A stretch of DNA of 60,949 nucleotides, the filler included, from Sanchytrium tribonematis (taxonomy: Eukaryota): NCBI GenBank assembly GCA_018985235.1. It is 6 parts of 6 records of this genome, joined end to end, with 100 filler letters (N's around TTAATTAATTAA, not from the genome) between each part and the next. Parts side by side here need not be neighbours in the genome. Positions count along the whole stretch, not along the records: positions 20,482 to 30,546 come from JADGIG010000307.1; positions 30,647 to 40,697 come from JADGIG010000308.1; 4 more parts are not named here. One strand, written 5' to 3'. The notes under the pieces are model-generated. The model worked only from the letters and a program-made list of their open reading frames with translations, was not told where the DNA came from and searched no databases. Both the position numbers and the translations under genes were made by a program. Positions 22,909 to 33,784 of the stretch are shown here, in pieces (position 1 is the stretch's first letter; each line of letters starts with the position of its first letter).

Positions 22909-25591
22909 TTACAAATTACGTTGTCTCTTCAAGTCTTCTAAGGATTTGGTTGCACTCAAGTTTGCTGGTTTCTTTAGCTCGTCCATTGAACCTTTTTTAA
23001 TCATTTGTTTCTTTCTTAAATCTTCGTTAGATCTAACGCTATGGAAGGAATTAATAAGTCCCAAGCCTGGTCCCTGTTTAGCAAACTTGGCTCGAATATT
23101 TGCCATACACAAATTCATTAATATTTTAAATTTACGAACCATCTCTTCACTGCTAAATACTATGGTCAAAGTAATATTATTATCTAATTGAATTTTAATC
23201 TTGTTTTTACGTTCTAATTCCTCAATAAGCACAGGCTTTTGCAAAAAATCCATTTTGTAGACAATACCTTCACTCTTAAGTTGATATTCATTATTTGAAG
23301 AGACCTTCTTGATGGTATGCAATGAAAAATACTTATCAGTACCATTAAAAAGTAAAAAGAATCTTTTCCAGACATTAATTTTCAATTTCTTGTCCAAAAC
23401 CTCAACGTAATCGTAAAAGATAGCCGTATCATTTGTCTGATTTGAGTTTAATTTCACCATACTTCCAAGAGTACTTCGGTCAATCATATCATGTTGAGAT
23501 CCAACTTTGATTGACCTAGATTTCTCAGAGGATTTGGGTTTCTGACTTTGCTCTTTTTGGGGCTTTTCAATATCATGGCGTAGTAATAGCAAAAGTCCAT
23601 TTGTACCCATGAACATCAAAATACTTAAAATGATTTTTCTCGTTGTATGATTAAATATACTTGCAGTTGAAAAGCAAGCTGCTAAAATTAAAAACCCGAG
23701 AGAATTATAAAGAATAATATTTGCGTAACGACTTTGTTTGGTGAAAATTTTGTTTGATCTCAAAATGTATGAAAGAAATACCGCGTAGGCGTAAATGATT
23801 ACATTAAATGCAAATAATAACCAGAAAAATCCAGAATCATACTTGCTTTCTGAGCAAATAAACTCGTAAGCGTTTGTTCCACCTTCGGTAAATATATGAT
23901 CTTCGTGATAATTGGCCAACGAAACCCATAAGATGGTCAGAGTACCATTTAATATCATGAGAAGATAAGGTATAAACTTTAAGCTTTCGTCAGATCTCCC
24001 TTTAAATTCTAATCTAATTCCGCTTAAAGTTTTGAAGAGTTTCCACAATTTCATTGTGATTAAAACCCCACAGATATTAATTGCTGTTACTGAAAAAAAT
24101 CTCACTGATCCACAGCTAACCTATGTTAAAATATATTACCTGATTAGGATTTAAAACAAACAAAAGAGATGCAATATTTCCGAACAACAAGGACGCAGTA
24201 GCTAAACCTTTTGAGAACGACCATAATTTTGTTTTTGAGATTTGTACAGAATTAATAGTCACAACTAATATAATCATAATACTACAAGCAACAATCATAA
24301 AGTAAAAGAAGAAAGGGTATCTCGCTACCACTGTGTAAGCATTTGCAGAAAAGTCGATTTCGTATCCCACATTTCCATCTGGACTCCAATTATATTTAAA
24401 CCCAGTCATTTTCAAAATTTTGTTTGTGGCTGCACTGTATGAAAATGCTTTGTTTCTTGATCCGCTCTCGGTTTTTTGCATAATCAAGAAGTCACTTATG
24501 ACATCGTGATCATATGTAAAATATGCGTGACCGGCTGGACCTTGCACTTCAAAATGGGAGAGTAAATCAGTGTTATTAAGAAACCAAGTAGATCCAAGCT
24601 TTTGAAAAGTATCGACCTTATTTTTGGATTTTGCAGCTGTGATGAGACTAGAGAACAAATCCAAGCATGATAAATAAAACGGAGCATATGACAAATCATC
24701 CAGTTCGTATTTTGAATTTGAAATTGTATGTAAGTAATCATTCATGACCTTGAAGTCATCCGTACTAACATCCGCAGCTTGAACAGAGTATAAAACGTTT
24801 GCATCCCCAGCGTATCCACCAAAAGTATCAGCTCCTAGCCATACATAATCTTTATCGAACATGATTTTTTGACTAGGAGTGCTTGTGTCTACCATTTTCT
24901 GAAATTCCGAAGGTTCTCCCAGAAACACAACAACAGTACTCTCGCTGTCTTTAATTTGGCTTAAATACAAAGAAAAATCCTTTTGATAGACTTCATATTG
25001 CAAATCTGCAACAATCGTTACTTTGTCAGCATCGTCAGCTTGCTGGTTGCTAAGATTTAATTCACTAAGAAAAGCACTTCGCACACCCACAGCAAAAGCG
25101 TCCAAGTTATTCATTAAATTGATTCTCTTCCACTTCATCTGTACAACAAATTGAGCCAAGACTTTTCCCTGAATATTATCGTTTGGAATAGTTCTGATAA
25201 AGTAAGGAAATTCAGTTTTGTTTTCCAACGCCTGATTTGTCGCAGATCCAGAGCAAACTGGAATTTTGTTCAATGCAAAAACAGGCATAACGTTTTTTGT
25301 TTGACCACTCGAATATGGACCAACAACAATATCACATTGATCTATTGCTCGAAAAGCTTCGTCAACGTTCAAAAGTGTATTACCAGTCGCGCCAGTATCC
25401 AAAAAATGATTAAATGTCAAATTAGAAAACGGAAGCTTTCCGCTTGATTTAAGGTCATTCGCGTGTTTTTCGGTCAGCTTATGCATATAATTAAAGTAAG
25501 CTTGAGGGGAATCGTTGTCCAAAGCAATATTTCTAAACATTGAACATATCCTCAGGCTTTCAGCAGACACCAAATGAAAAACCCAGAACAT
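22909..25591 (-). CDS. Class C (GABA-B/mGluR-like) GPCR with Venus flytrap domain, 7TM and PH-like tail; join(22909..24120,24140..25591), 887 aa
   Basis: VVGPYSSG..IPVCSGSATNQALENKTEFPYFIRTIPND (ANF receptor domain), seven hydrophobic segments, and a TM3 Cys (VSCGSVRF..MKLWK) restored by the 19-nt intron. Confidence 0.88.
24121..24139 (-). other. 19-nt spliceosomal intron GTAATATATTTTAACATAG
   Basis: CAG|GTAAT...TTAACATAG|GTT. Splicing gives LNPNQ-VSCGSVRFF and joins TM2 to TM3 in frame. Confidence 0.9.
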
Positions 25592-25754
25592 TTTACAAGC
25601 CACACATCAAATGTTTTTTAAAGAAATATTGTAGGCATTTCTATTGGGCGACTGTGTTGTAAGAAAATCTAAGCCTGATTGATTACTTCATAACTGAATG
25701 ATATAATTTTTATCCAGATTCGACATAAATTTTTGAGACAAAGGTTTTTTGTGC

Positions 25755-26318
25755 ATGGAGAGAAAAAGAAATAAAGGAAAAACTTTAACAGCTGAGTTGA
25801 TGCCCATATTTGAAAACTTGAAAGTATCTTCCTTAGTGGGCGCGCATGTATATATAGACTATAGCAATGTATATTATGGCGCATTGAATTATTGTCCAAG
25901 ATTTGATTCCGATTTATTCCTGAAATGCATTGACGATTTAACCGCGAAACTTCCTCATATAAAGAAAGTAGTTGTTTCGTCTTTACCCATAGAAGCTGAG
26001 AGATACGGATATGAGGTCCATCAGTTGCCTAAAATGAAAAGAAGAGAACTCTTTGTAGACGAATTATTATATGCAAAAATTGGAGATTCTCTTTTGGACT
26101 ATCAAAAAGGATTGCTAGTTTTAGTTACCGGTGATGGGAACTTGTCAACCTTTGGACTTGGATTTAGCATGCAAATCGTCCGAGCAATACATCGCGAGTG
26201 GACAGTGAGGCTTCTTGGTTGGAAAAATGATATTTCTCACATTTATGTTGAAATAGAAAAGAAATATACCAAATTTTCAATACATTACCTTGATCATCTT
26301 GTTGGAAGAATATCGTAA
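25755..26318 (+). CDS. NYN (PIN-like) domain ribonuclease
   Basis: VYIDYSNV..RELFVDELL..LVLVTGDGN..WTVRLLGW. Confidence 0.8.
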   Translation: MERKRNKGKTLTAELMPIFENLKVSSLVGAHVYIDYSNVYYGALNYCPRFDSDLFLKCIDDLTAKLPHIKKVVVSSLPIEAERYGYEVHQLPKMKRRELFVDELLYAKIGDSLLDYQKGLLVLVTGDGNLSTFGLGFSMQIVRAIHREWTVRLLGWKNDISHIYVEIEKKYTKFSIHYLDHLVGRIS

Positions 26319-26322
26319 AACT

Positions 26323-27126
26323 TTATTCTCTGCTGTCTCGCTTTTTTTGAGCCATAATTCTTGTATATTTTCGGCTATCTGTAGATGCTCCTACAGCTCG
26401 TTTATTCCCAACAATCCTCATGTTATTGACTCGTTGAATGTAAGGAACAAAGCCTTTTGAAGTAGCAACTACTGCTTTGGTGTAACCTTTGTTACTCAAG
26501 CCACTTGAAGCTTTTGATATGAATCCACCGCAATTGACAACTTCCTCCATCTGCGACCTTCCAAATGCAACCTTCTCTGATACATCCACAAAGTCCGTGC
26601 TTGAATTCTCCGTTGGTTTTGCGATAGGAAGGTTTACGGTAGTTTCATGAGTGTCATCCAATTTCACAATTTGATTCAGACGATCAAATATGGCATCTTT
26701 TCTAAATTTATCGGTCTTTCCCTTTTCAGATACAATTTTTTTCAATTTTTTAAATAAATTTTCTGATAATTTAACGTGATTTATGCGGAAATCTTGGTTT
26801 TCATTCGAATTTGTTGCGTCTTTTTTTGCTTCCAATTTTTCTATAATCTCCCAAGCTCGATTTTTATTATTTTCAATCTTGTTGTCAACATTAAAATTTT
26901 CTTGATAAAATTTGAGTTGCATCGCTTTCATCTCAGTGCTCTTCACAAATGGAATACCATATTCGCTGTCAAGCGAAATAACTCTGGCATATTTCAACGG
27001 TGATACGTGCTTTCCAATTCTTCCATAAGCTTGGTCTATCAAGTTTCTTGTTGTGTATGATTGATGATGATTAAAACTTGCTATGGATGATTTTTTGAGC
27101 AATTGTCCAAAATGGTGATTGTTCAT
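26323..27126 (-). CDS. Mitochondrial small-subunit ribosomal protein MRP51-like
   Basis: N-terminal FGQLLKKSSIASF and YARVISLDSEYG resemble fungal MRP51 (bS1m). Divergent. Confidence 0.45.
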   Translation of the reverse strand: MNNHHFGQLLKKSSIASFNHHQSYTTRNLIDQAYGRIGKHVSPLKYARVISLDSEYGIPFVKSTEMKAMQLKFYQENFNVDNKIENNKNRAWEIIEKLEAKKDATNSNENQDFRINHVKLSENLFKKLKKIVSEKGKTDKFRKDAIFDRLNQIVKLDDTHETTVNLPIAKPTENSSTDFVDVSEKVAFGRSQMEEVVNCGGFISKASSGLSNKGYTKAVVATSKGFVPYIQRVNNMRIVGNKRAVGASTDSRKYTRIMAQKKRDSRE

Positions 27127-27150
27127 TACAAGGAGGTATTTATTCAAATT

Positions 27151-27423
27151 TTAAGTGTCTTTTAATTTATCAAAAAGTATTTGCTTCTCACTCTCGAGTT
27201 CCAAACGTTTAATTTCTACGTTCTTTTTATTTTCCAAATATTTTTCTAAAGATTCTGCAGTTAGATCAATAGTTTTAATTGTTTTCTTTCTAATTTTTAC
27301 TGGCATTAGGGATATATAGTGGTATTCTTGGCAATCTGACTTTTCTTTCAACCGCTCTTTAATTTTCTCATAAAAAATTCTATTCTTCTCGGACTGAGAA
27401 TGGGCAGCAATTATTTTCTTCAT
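27151..27423 (-). CDS. Hypothetical charged small protein
   Basis: ORF from ATG 27423 (MKKIIAAHS...) preceded by CCC. No motif recognised. Confidence 0.4.
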   Translation of the reverse strand: MKKIIAAHSQSEKNRIFYEKIKERLKEKSDCQEYHYISLMPVKIRKKTIKTIDLTAESLEKYLENKKNVEIKRLELESEKQILFDKLKDT

Positions 27424-27475
27424 TTGTTTTAAGGGAATTGATTTTATTGAGTACACCGTTGCTTCAAAAATGGAT

Positions 27476-28531
27476 TCAACGATTGCACATGTAATCCCTA
27501 TTCCACACCGTTGATAAATATCTTTCACCTCTATCGCATAACATAGTCAATATATTGGAACCAGGAAATTTATCCGCAATTATCTTGCAAACTTCAAAAT
27601 GAACACCTGATGAGGGGCCTAAAAATAAACCAAGTTGCATTAATTCGTGCAAATTCTCAACGACTTTGTCGTCATTAACTTGATAAACATCATCGACAAG
27701 ATTTAAGTCATACAATTCCTGAACCATCCTGGAAAGCCTTGATTGACCAATGCCTTCTACTATTGTATCTTTTTGATGCCTATGGCGAGTACCTTCGTGT
27801 TCAAATTCGTGAAATAAGACTCCATGCTTAAATTTGTTGTACAAACCTGAACCTTGTGGATCTGCAACAATAATCTTAATGTTAGGTTTGACACTTTTAA
27901 GAAATTTCGCTATACCTTTCATACTAGCGCCAGTTCCAAGACCCATCACAAAAACATCAATTTCCGGAAGATCTGCAAGAATTTCTGGTCCAGTATTTTC
28001 AAAATGTGCCTTCCAATTTAAATCGTTCTCAAATTGGTTAAGATATACTTCGTTGGGTTCAATACTTTTCTCTGCAGCTTTGATAAAGTGTTCAGTGTCG
28101 ACGAAAGAAGTGTCTTTAAGGATTTTAACTTTTGCACCCAAGCCTGCTAAATAATTTGTCTTGTCATCTGATATGTTTGGCACAAATACTTTACAATCAA
28201 GACCCAATAATTTAGAAATAGTGGCCAAAGAAATGGCGGTTGACCCCATACTGGCTTCCACAACAGTGTTATGGTGTGGCTTAATCATTTTCTTAAGAGC
28301 ATAGTGGACGAATCTATCTTTACTGCTTCCAGATAAATTCAAAAATTCGCATTTTCCATAAATCTTACTGCCATTCCTTTGAATTAAGAATATGGTTGGA
28401 GTATTTCCAATTAAATCCTCGACATTTTTGCGCTTTGAACTTTTTTTCATCCGCAATATATTCGAAAGCACAATAATGGATGTGGTGGTAGCAACTGCTA
28501 TGCATACGATCAAGGAATTTTGTATCGCCAT
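27476..28531 (-). CDS. Cysteine synthase-like PLP enzyme (membrane-anchored MCY1/Cys2 type)
   Basis: N-terminal TM, VEDLIGNTP, KCEFLNLSGSSKDR, GLGTG, ADPQGSGLY, RHQKDTIVEGIG. Confidence 0.92.
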   Translation of the reverse strand: MAIQNSLIVCIAVATTTSIIVLSNILRMKKSSKRKNVEDLIGNTPTIFLIQRNGSKIYGKCEFLNLSGSSKDRFVHYALKKMIKPHHNTVVEASMGSTAISLATISKLLGLDCKVFVPNISDDKTNYLAGLGAKVKILKDTSFVDTEHFIKAAEKSIEPNEVYLNQFENDLNWKAHFENTGPEILADLPEIDVFVMGLGTGASMKGIAKFLKSVKPNIKIIVADPQGSGLYNKFKHGVLFHEFEHEGTRHRHQKDTIVEGIGQSRLSRMVQELYDLNLVDDVYQVNDDKVVENLHELMQLGLFLGPSSGVHFEVCKIIADKFPGSNILTMLCDRGERYLSTVWNRDYMCNR

Positions 28532-28671
28532 ATTAGCCTCCCCCTGAAATTTTTAATTTTATCTTTCTAATCTTTGATCAAGTGATTATAGCGGAATCAT
28601 GAGGGCGTCTAATTCACATAGAGTTATTAAATAAAATCCAAAACAGCTACTTCTCACTGATTGTTATAGAT

Positions 28672-29211
28672 ATGTGTTTATTTGATTTGTTTGGGACTTT
28701 ACTTTCAACTCGCATGAAACATCTAGATAATCCACAGTCCGATACAAAGTTTATAAAATATGGAATTACAAGAAGAGAATATAACGCCGGATATAAAATA
28801 AGGGATAATGAAAGCGAAAAATTGCTAGCCAATATCGATAGAGAATCTTTCTTCAACCTTGACACCACTCTTTTCAATTATAAGGTAGAAATTAGGAAAG
28901 GAGGCTCTAAAAATGCATACTATAAAATCAGAATCGGAGATTCTATACTCAGGCTTGAATTTAGCAAGTTTAAATCACCATTTTTTCATCTTCATGGGAA
29001 AAAATATAAATGGAAATTCCGAAAATTCTTTTTCTTCAAAACTCCTATGAGACTGTATCTACACAATCAGCTAGTCGCAAAGTATTCGATAGCTGTATTT
29101 CCAGTTAAAAAAATGGGTGTGTTAAAATTATACAAACAATGCCCTGATTTTGAAAAAGCTGCTATTATAGCAACCAGTTTATGCATAGTTCATTACGACT
29201 CGAGAAAATAA
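28672..29211 (+). CDS. LURP-one/Tubby C-terminal-like protein
   Basis: Beta-rich basic protein with GKKYKWK and a terminal helix AAIIATSLCI. Confidence 0.5.
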   Translation: MCLFDLFGTLLSTRMKHLDNPQSDTKFIKYGITRREYNAGYKIRDNESEKLLANIDRESFFNLDTTLFNYKVEIRKGGSKNAYYKIRIGDSILRLEFSKFKSPFFHLHGKKYKWKFRKFFFFKTPMRLYLHNQLVAKYSIAVFPVKKMGVLKLYKQCPDFEKAAIIATSLCIVHYDSRK

Positions 29212-29245
29212 ATATCTTCTAAATATTTTTATTTGTTTGAAACAA

Positions 29246-30546
29246 ATGATACTTGATATTCAAGTTTCACACACAAAATTTAAAAATGAAAAAATCCTTT
29301 TAGATGGATCTATCAAACAGAACACTGAGAAAATATTAGGCAATTCGAAAAAAACAATAGAGTATTTGACCGATATGGTCAATGATGCAGAAAAGATCCA
29401 AGATGCATCCCTCTTAAAACAGGATGTTCAAACTATATCTAGCATTAAAAACATTCAACATCTTGCATTATTATACCATCACCTAAAATCAACCGAAACC
29501 ATCTGCAAGCAACTCTCGGGCCTGAAGAAACAATATAAATCAGTTGCATTAATTTTAAAGACTTGTTTACAAGAGCCTTTGGGATCTAAAGATGTCCTTC
29601 TATTTGTACATTTTGAACTCATGCAATTACAACAGTTGCAGCAACATCTCCTAACTACAGCACCTATTGAAGTTCATCCGTTGGTTAGTCAACATTTCTT
29701 AAAATTAGATAAATTATTGAGGCATTTTGATAAACTTATTTTGCATCTAATGGCTCACTTGTACGAGCTGGAACCTGAACTTATGGTCAAAATGATGAAA
29801 GTTATACATATAAGCGATGAAAGAGGTGTTGGAAACTACAAGCAAGTTTTGTTTGATATGATTCATGATTTAGTCGCAAATCGATTGCAGGACCCACTAT
29901 CAGCTACTTCAAATATTTCAAAGGAAAAGCTAGATTCACTATTAACTATGATGGTGGACGATCTTTTATTTGTAAGAGAACAAGTTATACCAAAATCTCC
30001 TCCAGAGTTCAAATTATTTCCTTATTTTGCATTAGAATATCATCGGGCGATCTACAATTACATCAACAAAGTCTTAAAGAATAATGTGGATGCGGGAACT
30101 TTATTGAGTATATTACAATGGACTCAGACTTATTATAAAGTATTAGAAGAGAAATGCAGTATTGCTAGAGAATCATTAAAACCTCCACTTCTTGACAACC
30201 AAGAACAGCTGCTTCAAAATGATGTTGTACACTTACTCCAGGATAATCTCAAGGGCTGGATAGCAAATCTCTTAGACTCTGAATCGAAAGAATTCATTGT
30301 TAGAACCCGAGCACCCGAAACAGACGCAGATAACAAATATCAAATGAATGTTCCCACCATTTTATTTAATATTATTAATCAGCAGATAGAAGTGATATTA
30401 AGCACGAATCAATTAAGACTTATACAAGCAGTTATCAATGCCTGTTTTGAGTCCATGGGGACTTTTAATGTTAACTTTAAGAAAATAGTAACAGATGAAT
30501 TCAACAAATTTCTCAAAAATCCAGAATCCATTTATGAAGGACTCTG
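29246..30546 (+). CDS. SEC6: Exocyst subunit Sec6/EXOC3, 3'-partial
   Basis: LLFVHFELMQL, YHRAIY, GTLLSILQWTQTYY, PPLLD, PETDADNKY..PTILFNIINQQI. Confidence 0.85.
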
Positions 30547-30646
30547 NNNNNNNNNNNNNNNNNNNNNNNNNNNNNNNNNNNNNNNNNNNNTTAATTAATT
30601 AANNNNNNNNNNNNNNNNNNNNNNNNNNNNNNNNNNNNNNNNNNNN
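30547..30646. other. Artificial contig spacer
   Basis: N44-TTAATTAATTAA-N44. Confidence 0.99.
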
Positions 30647-31221
30647 GATGTCGTGATTCTGACAGATGGCGTGTTTTTGATAATATTCAATAAATTGGAG
30701 TCTACTTGCAATTTGGTGCAGAATGTCTTGTTGTAAAGTTGCACTAGATGAATGAATGGGATTGGGTGATTTGGATGACATAAATGAGTGACGTGGGAAG
30801 AGAATGAGTCTGGATTTAAATCAGGTTTTAATTTCTTATGTTTTTCAACCAAAGACACATAAGCATTGGAAATAGACCCACCATTTGTATTTCCATTTGT
30901 TGAAGCATTTTGTAGCAACTCAATTCTAAAGATCCAAGTGAATTCATTCATCCAATCCAATAATACATTTGGACTTGGAAAATATTGAACGAATTCGTTA
31001 TCACTGAAGACATGCTGATACATGTGAAATAGATCATTGAGGTGGACAAAGACATATGGGGATTGACAGATTTCCATTAATCGCATTAAACACTGGTACT
31101 TTTTACCTTTAATTAAATGGTTGAAACGATCTATGGAAATGGGCAAATCTGCCAACTTATCTTTCAATAATCTTCTCTTCTTTTGTGGTTTGGATTTGAG
31201 CATTTGATTGACGAGTGTCAT
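30647..31221 (-). CDS. Possible LOTUS/OST-HTH domain protein, 3'-partial
   Basis: Two winged-helix-like segments, e.g. IPFIHLVQLYNKTFCTKL..NLLNIIKNTPSVRI. Confidence 0.4.
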
Positions 31222-31488
31222 TTGGGTTTTTAATAGTGAAATGAAACGACGGAGGGAGATGTGGGAATTTGATTGGTAAATTCGAATCACAAACGAATCG
31301 AGTACGACGATGTACTGTCATGTGAGAGAATCGTCTGTGTCGGCACATTTTTGGTTGACTAGTTGTTTAGAACTATTGATTATTTGGGAGATTATTGATT
31401 GAAATAGAGTCTTTTTTGATGTTTTGTTAAAGTTTGAATATTTTTTAAAACGCGTTTAAAATGATGCCAATTACCCATTTCTTGCAAA

Positions 31489-33663
31489 ATGACGCTAGAG
31501 ACGATATTGAAAGAGTTTTATGACCCACATACTACCAACCATAAGCGACATTCTCTAGAATCTCAATTAGTAAAGATGCAAATGGACATAGAAACATTAA
31601 AAGAGGGTCTATTATATCTCAAAATGGACCATGGCAATCAGCAAATGGAATTCTATTTCATGAATACCATTTTCTACCATTCTAAACAATGGAAATCCAT
31701 TGAAAATGCCCTACAAAATGAAATACTTTTAACATTGCAATCTAAATTGCATAGTATCTCTCAAATCCAAAATATTACCATTAAATCATTATGTGAAATC
31801 TTAAAGCAAGATACAAATATGGTTAATGGCTATTTTGAGAATATTTATGGATTATTACAGCAACAACAAATTTTAGGGGTCATTTTATTGGATGCTTCCA
31901 TTGAATATCTATACAAATCACCACATGCGATTCAAAATCAAATCAATCAAATGATTCCAGTGCTATTAAACCAATTAATGGCCATTTTAAACAATAAATT
32001 ACACGACAGTGCTTATTCTTCCCCAACCAATGAGACATTTCAACCAACTGGCAATGAGAAACCACTGATCAATGCAGCATTAAAAGCATCAACAACATTG
32101 CAAATTCATTGTCAAGTCTCTCTTGTCAATCAAGTGCAAATTATTGTGCAAAACTTGCCAAATGAGAATGCCATTCAGTCCATTTTACAAATGATGACTG
32201 TCAATGATTCACAAGTCAATTCAGATGTGATTCAATATGTTTTTCAATCTTGTTTGTCATTTCCAATTGAAACATTGCAAATTATGACACAAATAATTGT
32301 GAAATATTACAATAAATGCCATTCTGAGCATATTTCACAATATATGCAAGTGATTTATAGTCAAATTGGAAATGATTTGGCATTAATCAACACGCTACAC
32401 CAATTATTAGATATGTTTCATATTCATGCGTCTCAAAACAATATTGAAAATGAGTTGCAATTTGTGAATGCCACATTACAGCAACTATTTCAAGTGGATG
32501 TCGATGAATTGACTGATTATTACAATGAAATTGTGGATATGATTGAGATTTTACAGCAACATGGCATTATTTTAGATTTAAACGCCGTTATTTTGAATCC
32601 ATTTTGGTGTCAAATATGGATGCATACCAGTACAAATATCAATCATTGTGCAGATTGGTTGTTAAATCACTTGAATATCTCATTATTAGATGCTATTTTG
32701 ACATTTAATATTCGTGTGCCAGTAGAATGCACAGATTATTGGAATAAATTATTGGAATTTGGATTACAATGGGCTACAGAGTCACAAAATGAGAAAACAT
32801 TGAATAAATTAGAACTATTGCTGACTGGGATCAAAGTGAATCCAGAAATGAAACAATATTTGGATCAAATTCCACAAACAAGACCCTCTTTAGTGATTTT
32901 AACACACCAAATCACATTTATGAATCAGTTACAGCCATTAAAATCAAATGAATTGCAGCCTGTGTTTAAACACGCGCATCAAATGCCAATGAATTATCGG
33001 AAATATATTATTGCAAATTATACGCAACAAATGAGTGAATATATCCAATATATCATGACAAATCAATGCAATTCTAAAGAATTGATTCATTTCATGGGTA
33101 TTTTGGGATCATTTTACATTTTACAGCCTATTCCTCAATTAAATATTATTTTACCCCGTTTACAGCCCAATTTATCAGAAGATTTGCATTATTTTGAATC
33201 TTATTGTCAATTGTGCTTAGATGTTTTGAATAGAAACACAATAACTCTCATTATTCCATTATTACATGATAAATCAGTGAATGTTTGGAAATCAAATGCC
33301 AGATTGCCTCTTGTATTCTATCAATTGATTACATCACTCATTAAATTGAATGCACAATTGATTGTAGAGGTGATTGACGTGTTGTTGAATGAAATAGATT
33401 TATTGCAAATTGAAACAACGCGTGAGATATTGATGATTTTAAAACAATGTCAAATTCGACAATTGCCAATTGATAGAATCAACAAATTGTTGGATAGATT
33501 GATTTCTGCATGTAGTTATTCTGAATATCAATTGTTAATAGATGAAGTTGTTGGTGTTTTATTTGTGGTGAATCAACAATGTTTGATTTTAAATGTGGAT
33601 ATGACGAGTGAATATTCATTTAAAATGACTCTAAATGAAAGATATTTGAGAACAGTTCAATAA
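31489..33663 (+). CDS. Exportin-6-like karyopherin (HEAT repeats), divergent
   Basis: N-terminus LETILKEFYDPHTTNHKRHSLESQL and YFENIYGLL..LGVILL resemble the XPO6 N-terminus (EFF...TTNERKREIE..L; FFTNILQLI..LGLIML). Confidence 0.6.
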   Translation: MTLETILKEFYDPHTTNHKRHSLESQLVKMQMDIETLKEGLLYLKMDHGNQQMEFYFMNTIFYHSKQWKSIENALQNEILLTLQSKLHSISQIQNITIKSLCEILKQDTNMVNGYFENIYGLLQQQQILGVILLDASIEYLYKSPHAIQNQINQMIPVLLNQLMAILNNKLHDSAYSSPTNETFQPTGNEKPLINAALKASTTLQIHCQVSLVNQVQIIVQNLPNENAIQSILQMMTVNDSQVNSDVIQYVFQSCLSFPIETLQIMTQIIVKYYNKCHSEHISQYMQVIYSQIGNDLALINTLHQLLDMFHIHASQNNIENELQFVNATLQQLFQVDVDELTDYYNEIVDMIEILQQHGIILDLNAVILNPFWCQIWMHTSTNINHCADWLLNHLNISLLDAILTFNIRVPVECTDYWNKLLEFGLQWATESQNEKTLNKLELLLTGIKVNPEMKQYLDQIPQTRPSLVILTHQITFMNQLQPLKSNELQPVFKHAHQMPMNYRKYIIANYTQQMSEYIQYIMTNQCNSKELIHFMGILGSFYILQPIPQLNIILPRLQPNLSEDLHYFESYCQLCLDVLNRNTITLIIPLLHDKSVNVWKSNARLPLVFYQLITSLIKLNAQLIVEVIDVLLNEIDLLQIETTREILMILKQCQIRQLPIDRINKLLDRLISACSYSEYQLLIDEVVGVLFVVNQQCLILNVDMTSEYSFKMTLNERYLRTVQ

Positions 33664-33784
33664 ATGCAATTTATTACAGATAATTCGCATTGTTTAGCAG
33701 CGCAAAATTAAAAAAAAACTAGATGTATATTATAGTTTAGCACTGCAAAATAGATGAAAACACTTAATTTCATAAATATTTTAC

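Noticed and set aside
31450..31455. ACGCGT (MCB-like) site in a near-palindrome upstream of the exportin-like gene
   Set aside because: A single short motif; function cannot be supported.
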